Source: Candidatus Latescibacterota bacterium
GTDB lineage: Bacteria > Latescibacterota > UBA2968
Direction: 5' to 3'
Assembly (NCBI GenBank): GCA_965204375.1
Contig: OZ241986.1
Span: 4,320,001-4,384,000 of the forward strand
DNA length: 64,000 bases
In this document: piece after piece, positions 9,668 through 19,758 of the stretch
Numbering within the stretch: the first letter of the stretch is position 1
Layout: the number at the start of each line of letters is the position of its first letter
Made by a program: the position numbers and the translations under genes
Notes under the pieces: generated by a model
Database searches by the model: none
Told to the model about the DNA's origin: nothing
Seen by the model: only the letters and a program-made list of their open reading frames with translations

Positions 9668-10930
9668 ATGGAACGCATTGTCGATCCAAAATACCGCTTT
9701 GCCTTCTCCTCCAAAACCGGCCGGCCATACTACCGCAAGTGCTATTGGGAAAATCTCTACGTCTTCACCTACGGCACAGATCGCGCACTCGTTGCAACGC
9801 GCGTGGTTCCCTTCACCTCACTGCACGAAGCACTCTACACCGCCTTCAAAGGACAGCGGGGCAACACCCTCACACAGCATCTGTTGCCCGAAGTCATGCA
9901 ACAACCCTATCTCAATGTATTCAACAACAAATCTCAAGTTCAAATCTTTGCAGACAACATCTCTGCCCTCGTACCCGAACAGAACGAAGAACTCCCCGAA
10001 GAAATCACAAAAAAAATAGAAGCGCGAATAGAAGAAACCGCTTCTCGAATCATGATCGGACAGGGCATAGAAGGCGGGCTTGGTAGCTTTGCCTCGGACG
10101 AAACCACGCCCTTTCTCGCCCGCGACGAACCCGAGGACCCGAGCCGAACCATCGTGCGCGAAGACGACGAAGACGTCGCACTGATCCAGATGAGCGTGCA
10201 AATCGACGCCGCCATCAAATCACAGATGCGCGAATCGACTGCACTCACCAGAGGCTCATTCGACATCGCCGCGCGGCTATACACAAACCCCCGGTACCTC
10301 GGCTTTGTGCGTCGTCTCATCAACGCCAAAGGCAGTTATACCTCGCCCGTTGTCCGGGACTTTCTAAAATTTTATGCGCGATGCTTCAACACCAAAATTT
10401 CCGAACACCTCCGCCAGAGCAAAGACGACCCCGACATCTTGCGCCAGCGCATTGAAAGCCTATTGGGCCGCGAAAAAGGCGGACGCTATCACTACCTCAA
10501 CTATCACGACCTCACCATATTGGGACGCATTGTCAAAGGCGAACTCGCCCCAGACCCAGACGACCCCGACAAGACCACACACTGCTTCAAACTATCCAGC
10601 ACCATTGATCCCCAAACCCTTCACCTATCCGAAATTCACGACCCGGTACAGCGTTTTGCAATCCGCAAATTTGTCGAACACACCTTCAACGCCCGTCACA
10701 ACATCAAAAATATTCAATACATCGACGAAATCTCTCGACGAAAAATACCCTTCGTCGAGCACCTTCCCGACCCCATCGAGCGCGCTATGCGCTCGGGCAT
10801 CGAAACACTCGAAGCCTATCTCGACCACCTTGAACCCAAAATGCTTCACATCGCCATTGGTGCCCTTCTCCTCGCACTACTCGGCGTCGTTGCCCTCGTC
10901 CTGGGCGCATTTATCGGCCTGACACAGTAA
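9668..10930 (+). CDS. Hypothetical protein with C-terminal membrane anchor
   Basis: Long ORF; AGGAGG RBS before ATG 9668; hydrophobic C-terminal helix; no family recognised. Confidence 0.75.
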   Translation: MERIVDPKYRFAFSSKTGRPYYRKCYWENLYVFTYGTDRALVATRVVPFTSLHEALYTAFKGQRGNTLTQHLLPEVMQQPYLNVFNNKSQVQIFADNISALVPEQNEELPEEITKKIEARIEETASRIMIGQGIEGGLGSFASDETTPFLARDEPEDPSRTIVREDDEDVALIQMSVQIDAAIKSQMRESTALTRGSFDIAARLYTNPRYLGFVRRLINAKGSYTSPVVRDFLKFYARCFNTKISEHLRQSKDDPDILRQRIESLLGREKGGRYHYLNYHDLTILGRIVKGELAPDPDDPDKTTHCFKLSSTIDPQTLHLSEIHDPVQRFAIRKFVEHTFNARHNIKNIQYIDEISRRKIPFVEHLPDPIERAMRSGIETLEAYLDHLEPKMLHIAIGALLLALLGVVALVLGAFIGLTQ

Positions 10931-11163
10931 AAGTAAGAAGTTAGAAGTAAGAAGTTAGAAGGCCACCCAACACCACCCCAGAGCGGATGCTTCTATCCAC
11001 TTCACACTTCACACTTCACACTTCACACTTCACACTTCACACTTCACACTTCCTACTTCACACTTCACACTTCACACTTCCTACTTCACACTTCACACTT
11101 CACACTTCACACTTCACACTTCCTACTTCACACTTCCTACTTCACACTTCCTACTTCACACTT
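10930..11163. repeat. Heptamer-arm element 2
   Basis: (GAAGTWA)x~4, 37-bp core, ~24 CACTTCA/CTACTTC units; contains the dsbD stop codon. Confidence 0.95.
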
Positions 11164-13034
11164 GCAACTGTCGGACTGAGCCCCTGTTTCAAAAAGCGGA
11201 CAAAAACATCCACATCGCGCGTCATCCCCGGAAAATGTGTAACCTCTTTTCCCCCGGGTGTCATAATCGCGTACAAAGGCAGAGCAACCGTACCAAAATG
11301 AGCCTCCTGCAAATCGCGATTGCGCTTGTATTTTTCTCCCCGCCCATCTGTGTACAACTGAACCCGTACAAACTGTTTTAGCAATGTGTGCACCTCCTTT
11401 TCGGGAAAAATATTTGCCTCCATCCAGCGGCAATTCGTACACGCATAGCCCGTAAAATCGATAAATACCGGTTTGCCCGTCGCCTTTGCTTCTGCCACCC
11501 CCCCTTCATAATCATCGCGCCAGGTCAGTTCGGGTTCGCCGCTCCTTATCTTGGCAATTTCCCCATAACTTCCATAAGGCGGGAAAAATGCATCCCATTC
11601 GCCCAGGGGTGCGCCAAAAAGACCCGTCATCAAATACAGCCCAAAAGCCAAACATCCACTACTCGCCAGCAAACGCAGCGGACCAATTGTATCGAGCACA
11701 GAATCGTGCGGCAAGCGGATCTTGCCCAACAAATAGAAACCACACAGCAAAAAAATCGCGATCCACCCCGCAATAAAGACCTCGCGCGAAATAATACCCC
11801 ACTGCCACACCAGATCGACATTGCTCAAAAATTTCAACGCAGCGGCCAATTCCAAAAACCCCATCACCACCTTCACGGAATTTAACCAGCCACCGCTTTG
11901 GGGCAGAGAAGAAAGCGCCTGCGGAAAAAGTGCCAAAAAGAAAAATGGAGAGGCAAAAGCAGCCGAAAATACCAGCATGCCCAAAATGGGCCACGCCCAC
12001 GTTCCCTGAGCCGTCAGCACCAGCAGCGTCCCCACAAAAGGCGCAGTACACGTAAACGACGTAAGAGAAAACGTGAACCCCATAATTAGAATCGCGCCAT
12101 AACTTCCCCCCTGAACCTGGTTCAACTTATTGAGCAAACCGTAAGGCAATCGAATCTCAAACAGCCCGAACAACGCCAGCGCAAAAGCCACAAAAATCGC
12201 AGTAATCAACAAATTGACCCAGGGATTGGCCGCAAACAGAGCCGCACCAGAAGCGCCCAGGGTCGCCGCCAACACCATACCCAACCCGGTAAACGTAAAA
12301 ATAATACCCCCGCAATAAGCCAGCGACTTGGTAACAGACTCTCTCCGACTCTGCGTTTCCTGCTTGGTAAAAAACGACACCGTAATGGGAATCATCGGAA
12401 ACACACACGGCGTGAGCAAAGCCAGAAAACCCATCCACAAAGACAGGTACAAAAACGCGCTCAAACCCTCTGTAATCGCACGCTCAACATCGGCCACGCT
12501 ACCCGTACCATCCAGAGGTACAGCGGGCGCTTCAACAGCAGAAAACACAAACTCAGCCCGCGCAGGTCCCGCCTCCACCACCACGGGGATCTCAAATGCG
12601 TACGTATTCGGCGGCAAACACTGCGTCGCATTGCAAAGCATATAGATCACTTCACCCGACAGCACCCGCTCGCCCGGCATCCCCTCACCCACCTCGGCCC
12701 GCACCCCAAACCGCACTTTGGGATGGTAATATTCCACATTCATCTCAAAATTTGGATCGTATTCCACAATAGGCCTGGGCTGAATCACCGCCCCCACCTG
12801 CCGAAACCCCTCGCCCGACAGCGCAATCTCCGTGGGATAGGGACCACCCGGCGGTGTGGTCGCCGAATAAATATGCCAATCATCGGAAAGATCGACATCA
12901 ATCCAAACCGCAACAGCCTCCCCAACCCGCGCCGCCTTTGGCTCCACCATCACCCCAAACGAAGCCTCATTCTGAGCCATTGCAGCACTGCTCTGAAGCA
13001 CCATCAAAACGCATACCGCGGCAAAAATCCGCAT
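11151..13034 (-). CDS. dsbD: Thiol:disulfide interchange protein DsbD
   Basis: Signal peptide, N-domain CNATQC, TM domain TPCVFP/CTAP, thioredoxin CTNC; AGGAG RBS before ATG 13034. Confidence 0.9.
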   Translation of the reverse strand: MRIFAAVCVLMVLQSSAAMAQNEASFGVMVEPKAARVGEAVAVWIDVDLSDDWHIYSATTPPGGPYPTEIALSGEGFRQVGAVIQPRPIVEYDPNFEMNVEYYHPKVRFGVRAEVGEGMPGERVLSGEVIYMLCNATQCLPPNTYAFEIPVVVEAGPARAEFVFSAVEAPAVPLDGTGSVADVERAITEGLSAFLYLSLWMGFLALLTPCVFPMIPITVSFFTKQETQSRRESVTKSLAYCGGIIFTFTGLGMVLAATLGASGAALFAANPWVNLLITAIFVAFALALFGLFEIRLPYGLLNKLNQVQGGSYGAILIMGFTFSLTSFTCTAPFVGTLLVLTAQGTWAWPILGMLVFSAAFASPFFFLALFPQALSSLPQSGGWLNSVKVVMGFLELAAALKFLSNVDLVWQWGIISREVFIAGWIAIFLLCGFYLLGKIRLPHDSVLDTIGPLRLLASSGCLAFGLYLMTGLFGAPLGEWDAFFPPYGSYGEIAKIRSGEPELTWRDDYEGGVAEAKATGKPVFIDFTGYACTNCRWMEANIFPEKEVHTLLKQFVRVQLYTDGRGEKYKRNRDLQEAHFGTVALPLYAIMTPGGKEVTHFPGMTRDVDVFVRFLKQGLSPTVASVK

Positions 13035-13072
13035 ATCGATCTCCTTTTTCACTCACATTTCACATTCATATC

Positions 13073-13140
13073 GGGCGAAAAATTTTTCGCCCCTACATAT
13101 CTGCGTCCATCTGCGTCCATCTGCGGATCACACTTCTCAC
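13073..13140. repeat. Composite REP-like mosaic 2
   Basis: GGGCGAAAAATTTTTCGCCCCTAC followed by (ATCTGCGTCC)x2 ATCTGCGGATC and CACTTCTCAC. Confidence 0.85.
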
Positions 13141-16100
13141 CGCCTCTTAATAACCAGAAGCGTCACATCATCTGTCTGTGCCGCCGACGCGCGAAATTCA
13201 ACCAGATCATCGATCACCGTATCGATCAAAACATCGGCACTCGCGCCCGCGTGTTCTTTGAGCAAAACTTCCAGGCGCGCTTCCTCGTAAAACTCCCCCT
13301 CTTCATTTTGCATATCGGTCACGCCATCGCTATAGAGCACCAGCATATCGCCAAAATCCAAAAACGCACGCGCCTCTCTCGGCTCGGTATCGACCTCGGG
13401 TGGCAACGTCATACCCAAAGGCACAGACATCAATTCTATCATCTGCAAATCACCACCCACAGACACCCGATAGGGATAGGGATGTCCGGAATTGGCCAAA
13501 ACAATCTCCCCGGTCTCTAAATCCAGCGTCCCCAAACAGCACGTCACAAAACTCGCCGCATCAAATTGCTCTTGCAAAACGAGATTTAAATTCCGCAACA
13601 CATCTATCGGCGTCTGTGCCGCGCGAACCTCATAGTGCAACATCCCGCTCAATTGCATAGCCCGCACAGCACCCTGCATCGCCTTGCCCGACACATCTGC
13701 GGCTCCAAACCCCAGTATTTTCCGATCGTCATCCAACCAGAAATACGTAAAATAATCACCACCGACGTGGTTGGCTGGCAAACATCTCCCCACCACTTCA
13801 AAACCCTTTTCGCGCACGGGGGCTCGGGGCAACAGACCCATCTGCATATCGTGGGCTTCCTGAAGTTCCGTCTCCAATTCGTCAATCAACTGCGTCTGCG
13901 CCGCACGCCAGCGTCTGTGCTTTTGAAACGCATATCCCGTCGTAACCAGCACAATGAGCAGCGAAACACCACTCAACCCCACAAACCATGGTCGTTGCCA
14001 CACAGGCGCCAACACCTCAAACACCTGCACAGCAGACGTCTTATCCACATTAAAAGCCAGATCCATAGCACGCACTTCAAATTTGTGAACACCCGCGTCC
14101 AGATCCTTCAGCAAAACCCGGTTATTGCGCGAAAAACCCGACCACGCCCCCTCACCGAGCCGCCATGAATACTGCAATGACCCATCTGGCGTCTGCTTCC
14201 ACACATCCTGCCCCGAAAATTCAAACAATGCATTTTGATACGGCGCAATTTGAACTGGCGGAGCCAAAAGAAGTGTCTCGGGCGCATCGCCATCGGGATT
14301 ATAACAACCCAACCCACCAGACGTCGCAAACCAGAGATTGCCTTCGGCATCTTGTGCCACATCCCAAACCTGTGTACTCGGCAACCCCTCTTGAACCGTA
14401 TAGCGCACCCATGCAAACCCATCGGTATGAATCGCGCCATCAATCGGCGAAGCCAACCACACCTTGCCATCATTCGCCGGAAATATCCGCCTCACCCCAT
14501 TAAACTGCGCCTGATCTGCGCCCGGCACGCGTCGCCACCTCTGCCCATTGAAATGCGCCACACCCTCGAACAGCGAACTAATCCATATCTGTCCACCAAT
14601 ATCTTCGGCAACCGCATTAATCGGCCCACCGGGTATCCCATCAGCAGCGGTGTATTTCCGCTGCTCTCCATCCGCCACATGCACTACGCCATCCACCTGC
14701 CCCAGCCACAAACTGCCATCGCTCGCCTCGCAAATCGAAATACCGAGTCTTCCGGGATTATTCTCTATCTCCGCCAGCCCCTGCGAGGCAAATAGAGCCG
14801 TCCATACCTGTCCATCGAATCGCTGAACCCCCGAGCGCGTAATTGCCCACACACCCCCATCTTGTGCGGGACACACGGCTCGAATCCCGAATCCTCTCCC
14901 ACTATCTGATCTTATCGCCTCCCATACCTCGCCATCATAACGCAACAATTGAAACGGCGTTACAGCCCAGAGGCTTCCTTTCCCATCGACAAACAAATCA
15001 ATCAACCGCCCGCGCACATCGCCCTCTAACTCGCGAGCCACCTGCCAGAAACCCCGTTCAAAATTGTAAATCGCATCATTGCCAACCCAGAGCTGACCCC
15101 TTTCATCGAGCGCAAAAAACGAAGCACCGCGATCATTCATCCCCGGCCAACTCCTGTGGTGCAACCACCCCGAAAGCCCCAACCGCGCAACCCCACCGCG
15201 CGTCCCCACCCAAATTGCCCCATCCGCAGCAATACAGATATCTACCACATAGCTATTGGGCAATCCCTCGCGCTCTGCAAAAATTCGCCATGTACTACCC
15301 GCATCTCGAAAAGCCGCGCCAGCCGGCGTACCAATCCACACCGTTCCATCCTGTGCAAAGCGAATCACCTGCACCCGATTGGAAGGCAACCCATCCTCAG
15401 TTGTAAATGTTTCCCATTGTCCCGAATGATATCGCTTAAGCCCGCCCTCATCGGTACCAAACCAGATCGCGCCATCGTCACTTTGCGCCATCGCCAACAC
15501 CGATACATCGTTCAAACTGTCCATATCTGCTATGGTCGTCCATTCGCCCGTATCCACATCCAATAATCCCATGCCCCGAGCAATTCCGCCAGGTCTCCCA
15601 CCCCTGCCTCGACCACCTGGTTCACCTCGACCTCTACCACCTTCAGCACCGTCTGCCCCTCTAAAACCACCGCGTCTGCCTCTGCCACCGGGTTCATCTG
15701 GTCCACCCCGTCCCATTCCAGGACCGAACAAAACACCACCACCTCGCCCCCCATAAGCGACCCAAACTTTCCCATTTTTGTCCCCCATCAAACTCTGAAC
15801 ACCTTGAAGTGGCTGACCATCTAACATCACCAGATAAAGTTGTGCGCCATCGAAGCGCAACAAATAACCTTCATCGGTCACCATACAGGCGCGACCACCA
15901 CTATCCAGCCCCAGAATCTGGCGCAAGCCCCCTCGTCCCCTGAACTCTTCTGGCGTATCAAAACCTTTCCACTCCTCACCAGAAAAATAAGCCAGCCCCT
16001 GTCCTGCACGACGATCAAAACCCCGTCCCACGGCAGCCCACAATGCCCCATCAAGCCCGGCAACCAGATCCTGAATAGCGTTTCCCGGCAGCCCATCTTC

Positions 16101-16328
16101 AACCCCGTACTTCTTCCATGAACGCCCATCATAGCGCGACACCCCACCCAGCGTGGCAAACCACATCGCCCCATCAGGCGTCTGCACCACAGCCGTCACC
16201 ACATTGTGCGCCAGCCCATCTTCTTGCCGAAAAGACGTCCACACATGCCTGGCCTCGCCCGCAAAAACCTCGGCATCGAGGCAAAGAATGAACATCCACA
16301 TAAAAAACAAAAATCTTTGACCGACCAT
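13137..16328 (-). CDS. Membrane sensor: Reg_prop beta-propellers, Y_Y_Y-like domain, TM helix, SpoIIE/PP2C phosphatase
   Basis: Repeated GLP.N.V..I....DG..W.GT..G; FEVRA; PVWQRPWF TM; VGGDYF, ADVSGK, YSDGV, DDVT PP2C motifs. Confidence 0.92.
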   Translation of the reverse strand: MVGQRFLFFMWMFILCLDAEVFAGEARHVWTSFRQEDGLAHNVVTAVVQTPDGAMWFATLGGVSRYDGRSWKKYGVEDGLPGNAIQDLVAGLDGALWAAVGRGFDRRAGQGLAYFSGEEWKGFDTPEEFRGRGGLRQILGLDSGGRACMVTDEGYLLRFDGAQLYLVMLDGQPLQGVQSLMGDKNGKVWVAYGGRGGGVLFGPGMGRGGPDEPGGRGRRGGFRGADGAEGGRGRGEPGGRGRGGRPGGIARGMGLLDVDTGEWTTIADMDSLNDVSVLAMAQSDDGAIWFGTDEGGLKRYHSGQWETFTTEDGLPSNRVQVIRFAQDGTVWIGTPAGAAFRDAGSTWRIFAEREGLPNSYVVDICIAADGAIWVGTRGGVARLGLSGWLHHRSWPGMNDRGASFFALDERGQLWVGNDAIYNFERGFWQVARELEGDVRGRLIDLFVDGKGSLWAVTPFQLLRYDGEVWEAIRSDSGRGFGIRAVCPAQDGGVWAITRSGVQRFDGQVWTALFASQGLAEIENNPGRLGISICEASDGSLWLGQVDGVVHVADGEQRKYTAADGIPGGPINAVAEDIGGQIWISSLFEGVAHFNGQRWRRVPGADQAQFNGVRRIFPANDGKVWLASPIDGAIHTDGFAWVRYTVQEGLPSTQVWDVAQDAEGNLWFATSGGLGCYNPDGDAPETLLLAPPVQIAPYQNALFEFSGQDVWKQTPDGSLQYSWRLGEGAWSGFSRNNRVLLKDLDAGVHKFEVRAMDLAFNVDKTSAVQVFEVLAPVWQRPWFVGLSGVSLLIVLVTTGYAFQKHRRWRAAQTQLIDELETELQEAHDMQMGLLPRAPVREKGFEVVGRCLPANHVGGDYFTYFWLDDDRKILGFGAADVSGKAMQGAVRAMQLSGMLHYEVRAAQTPIDVLRNLNLVLQEQFDAASFVTCCLGTLDLETGEIVLANSGHPYPYRVSVGGDLQMIELMSVPLGMTLPPEVDTEPREARAFLDFGDMLVLYSDGVTDMQNEEGEFYEEARLEVLLKEHAGASADVLIDTVIDDLVEFRASAAQTDDVTLLVIKRR

Positions 16329-16458
16329 TTACTCTACTCCTTCATAGTCACATCGCGTCGTCTGTATATAATACCAATCATTGCACCCCCCACAAAGAAT
16401 AAACGCCTGTGCCCGCCTTTCGTCTCACTTGATATCGCGCATGCAATATCATATTTTA

Positions 16459-16584
16459 TGCGGGCTGGATCGCGGCCCCGTATTACAACCTACGGGACAT
16501 GCTTTAAGCCTGCCGCGATGACGAGTGCCTTTCGCATCTCACCTTCTTTCACTCCACCGTGAACTTTGACCGCAACCAGCCGCA
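16459..16584. ncRNA. Candidate multi-branched structured RNA of unknown family
   Basis: Complementary ends plus four internal helices (see findings); TTGATA-17-TATTTT promoter candidate just upstream on the + strand. Confidence 0.4.
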
Positions 16585-16592
16585 CACCGTTC

Positions 16593-16642
16593 CACACTTC
16601 CTCCTTCACACTTCTCACTTCACACTTCTCACTTCACACTTC
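16593..16642. repeat. Solo CACTTCA/CACTTCT heptamer tract just before the sulfatase RBS
   Basis: About seven degenerate heptamers with no GAAGT arm. Confidence 0.85.
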
Positions 16643-16656
16643 AAAAGGAGCTTCTC

Positions 16657-18057
16657 TTGCCTACAGACCGTCCCAACATCCTCTTTATCATGTCCGACGA
16701 CCACGCATCGCATGCCATGAGTTGCTACAACAGCCGCATCAACCAGACCCCCAACCTCGACCGCATTGCAAATGAGGGCATGCGCTTTGACAACTGCTTT
16801 TGCACCAACTCAATCTGCGCCCCCAGCCGAGCGGTAATCCTCACCGGCACATACAACCACATCAACGGCGTAACCACGCTGGCGACCCATCTCGACGGCC
16901 GGCAACTCACATTTCCCAAATTATTCCAACAGGCGGGATACCAGACCGCCATGATCGGCAAATGGCATCTCGGACACGGCGGCATCCACGACCCCACCGG
17001 CTTTGACTACTGGAATGTCCTGCCCGGGCAGGGCTTATATCACAACCCCGAAATGATAGAAATGGGCGAAGAAAAAGTCTATCAAGGCTATGTCACCGAC
17101 ATCATCACAGACTTATGCCTCGACTGGCTCAAAGCGCGGGACACAAATCACCCCTTCATGCTCATGTACCACCACAAAGCGCCCCACCGCGCCTGGGAAC
17201 CCGACGAAAAACACGCCCACATGTATGAAAACGAAGACATACCCGAACCCGAAACCTTCTGGGACGACTACAGCAACCGCGCCAGTGCTGCCGAAGCCGC
17301 CAAAATGCGCGTTGACCGCGACATGAACAAAAATGACCTCAAAGGATTACCCCCTGAAGGTCTCTCACCTGAAGAAGATAAAAAATGGAAATACCAGCGC
17401 TACATAAAAGACTACCTGCGCTGTGTGGCCTCCATCGACGACAATATCGGGCGCATGCTCGACTATCTCGACGAAGAAGGCCTCACCGACAACACCATAG
17501 TCATTTACACATCTGATCAGGGCTTTTTTCTGGGCGACCACGGCTGGTATGACAAGCGCTTCATGTACGAAGAATCCCTGCGCATGCCCTTCATCATTCG
17601 CTATCCCAAAGAAATCAAACCCGGCAGTATCAATACCGACATGATCCTCAACACCGACTTTGCCCCCACCTTTCTCGACTACGCGGGCATAGACATTCCC
17701 GAAACCTTTCAGGGATCGAGCATTCGTCCCTTGCTCAACGGCGAAACACCAGAAGGATGGCAAACATCGATGTATTATCGCTACTGGATGCACCTTGCAC
17801 ACCACCATGTTTACGCCCATTACGGCGTGCGAACCCACCAGTACAAACTCATCTATTACTACGCCGACGGCCTCAATCAAAAAGGATCAATCGAAGACAC
17901 CAAAGAACCCGAATGGGAACTCTTCGACCTCGAAAAAGACCCTTATGAACTCAACAGCGTGTACGATGATCCCGAATACGTCGATATCGTGCGCGAACTC
18001 AAAGACGAACTCTACCGCCTTCAGGAAAAAGTAAAAGACGAACGGTATGAGAAGTGA
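16657..18057 (+). CDS. Formylglycine-dependent sulfatase (S1 family)
   Basis: [17 protein letters not shown] (CxPxR), GKWHLG, YTSDQG; AGGAG RBS with TTG start. Confidence 0.95.
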   Translation: MPTDRPNILFIMSDDHASHAMSCYNSRINQTPNLDRIANEGMRFDNCFCTNSICAPSRAVILTGTYNHINGVTTLATHLDGRQLTFPKLFQQAGYQTAMIGKWHLGHGGIHDPTGFDYWNVLPGQGLYHNPEMIEMGEEKVYQGYVTDIITDLCLDWLKARDTNHPFMLMYHHKAPHRAWEPDEKHAHMYENEDIPEPETFWDDYSNRASAAEAAKMRVDRDMNKNDLKGLPPEGLSPEEDKKWKYQRYIKDYLRCVASIDDNIGRMLDYLDEEGLTDNTIVIYTSDQGFFLGDHGWYDKRFMYEESLRMPFIIRYPKEIKPGSINTDMILNTDFAPTFLDYAGIDIPETFQGSSIRPLLNGETPEGWQTSMYYRYWMHLAHHHVYAHYGVRTHQYKLIYYYADGLNQKGSIEDTKEPEWELFDLEKDPYELNSVYDDPEYVDIVRELKDELYRLQEKVKDERYEK

Positions 18058-18178
18058 GAAGTGAGAAGGAAGAAGTGAGAAACCCCGCCCCACCGCCCAA
18101 AGGCTGGTGCCTCATCCCACTTCCCACTTCCCACTTCACACTTCCTACTTCACACTTCCTACTTCACACTTCTACTTC
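18050..18178. repeat. Heptamer-arm element 3
   Basis: (GAAGTGA)x~4, core, ~9 CACTTC(A/C)/CTACTTC units; contains the stop codons of both convergent genes. Confidence 0.9.
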
Positions 18179-19575
18179 GGCACCTTGAGCACAGCGTAAA
18201 AATTGGCATAGTGCCGGCGGGTCTCTCTGCGAATGATTATGCCGACTTCGTCACCGGGTTTCAACTCCGCCAATACATCTTCGTAATCTTCCATCGAACG
18301 CATGGGCCTGCGATTCATCTCGCGAATCACATCTCCCCGTCGCAAACCCGCCGCATCAGCCGCGCTTTCTCCTCTCACATCGGTAATGAGCATGCCCCAT
18401 TGTGCATCATAACCAAACTGACGGGCAATAGCGGGCGTCATCTCCTGAACATTCAGCCCCAGGGCGCGTTGTCGCTCCACCTCTTGCAGACCGCGAAAGG
18501 GATCAAACGCATCCACCGTTACGCGCAGCTTTTTATTCACCCCATTTCGGATCACCTCAATGATCACCTGTGCGCCCGGAGGGGTTCGCGCAATACGCGT
18601 GAGAAACTCATCTGCATTGGAAATCTCCCGGTCATTTAACCCCACAATCACATCGCCGGGTTGCAAACTCGTCTGCTCGGCAAATTCCCCCACCTCCTGA
18701 ATCAACGCACCCCGATTCACAGATAATCCCAGTGCTTCGGAAAGCCCCGGCGTCAGGTTTTGAACCACCACATCCAGATACCCGCGTTTTACCTCTCCAT
18801 CTTCGATAATCTGCTGCATAATATTGCGCGCCATATTAATTGGCACAGCCAGCCCAATGCCCTGACTGCCCCCACTGCGCGACAAAATCGCCGTATTCAG
18901 ACCCACCAGATCCCCGCGCAAATTCACCATTGCCCCACCGCTATTGCCCGGGTTAATCGCCGCATCTGTTTGAATAAAATCTTCGTAATCCACAATATCT
19001 AAATTGCCCCGCCCCGTCGCGCTCACAATACCGTACGTCACCGTATGCCGCAAACCGTACGGATTGCCAATCGCCAGCACCCAGGCACCGACCTTCAACT
19101 TATCCGAATCGCCCATCTTTAGCGCGGGCAAATCGCGCCCATCAATTTTCAACACCGCGACATCGCTCTGCGGATCTGTTCCCACCAGCGTTGCGTCAAA
19201 TGTCCTGCCATCGCCGAGTTCTACTTCAATAGCATCGGCCTCTGCAATAACGTGATTATTGGTCAAAATATAGCCATCTCCAGAAACAATAACCCCCGAC
19301 CCCAAACCCTGCTGCCGCCATTCTCTGCGATACGTCATTCGGCCACCAAAAAAACGATCAAAAAACGGATCGCCCGTCGAACTTCTCACCCCCACGACCA
19401 TATCCTTTTTATTTACAATAGTCACCACACCCGGATTGACCGCAGAAGCCACCGCTGCAAAAGCCGCGCTGAACTTTTCCATTTGCGCGATCGTCGCCTG
19501 AGATTCGGGATCAATCTTTGCTTCAACCTGCAAAACCATAAATCCCGCAATCAGTATCCACATCCACCTTTGCAT
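18172..19575 (-). CDS. htrA: HtrA/DegP-family periplasmic serine protease with two PDZ domains
   Basis: TNNHV, SDVAVLKI, GNSGG catalytic triad; signal peptide; two PDZ-like regions. Confidence 0.95.
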   Translation of the reverse strand: MQRWMWILIAGFMVLQVEAKIDPESQATIAQMEKFSAAFAAVASAVNPGVVTIVNKKDMVVGVRSSTGDPFFDRFFGGRMTYRREWRQQGLGSGVIVSGDGYILTNNHVIAEADAIEVELGDGRTFDATLVGTDPQSDVAVLKIDGRDLPALKMGDSDKLKVGAWVLAIGNPYGLRHTVTYGIVSATGRGNLDIVDYEDFIQTDAAINPGNSGGAMVNLRGDLVGLNTAILSRSGGSQGIGLAVPINMARNIMQQIIEDGEVKRGYLDVVVQNLTPGLSEALGLSVNRGALIQEVGEFAEQTSLQPGDVIVGLNDREISNADEFLTRIARTPPGAQVIIEVIRNGVNKKLRVTVDAFDPFRGLQEVERQRALGLNVQEMTPAIARQFGYDAQWGMLITDVRGESAADAAGLRRGDVIREMNRRPMRSMEDYEDVLAELKPGDEVGIIIRRETRRHYANFYAVLKVPK

Positions 19576-19663
19576 ACGCCATTTCTCCGTTGTAGTGCTT
19601 GAACTTTCATTATATCTCGCAAAGCGCTAAAAGTTCCTGAAATTGTCCAATCCCGTCAATGAC

Positions 19664-19704
19664 AAAAAAAAAGCCGAGATTCTCTGTGGATCTCGGCTTT
19701 TTTT
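19664..19704. terminator. Bidirectional intrinsic terminator
   Basis: A9-GCCGAGAT...ATCTCGGC-T7. Confidence 0.85.
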
Positions 19705-19758
19705 ATATCGGACAACTTATTTACACACCCTCTTCGCATTGATATAACAGTTCAAATT

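Noticed and set aside
10987-11301. HTSHFTL-repeat ORF
   Set aside because: Translation of the heptamer array; no RBS; overlaps dsbD antisense.
16495-16545. tRNA or hammerhead ribozyme within the structured region
   Set aside because: No TpsiC arm or acceptor/CCA; ATGACGAG lacks the CTGA core and the required GAAA after stem II.
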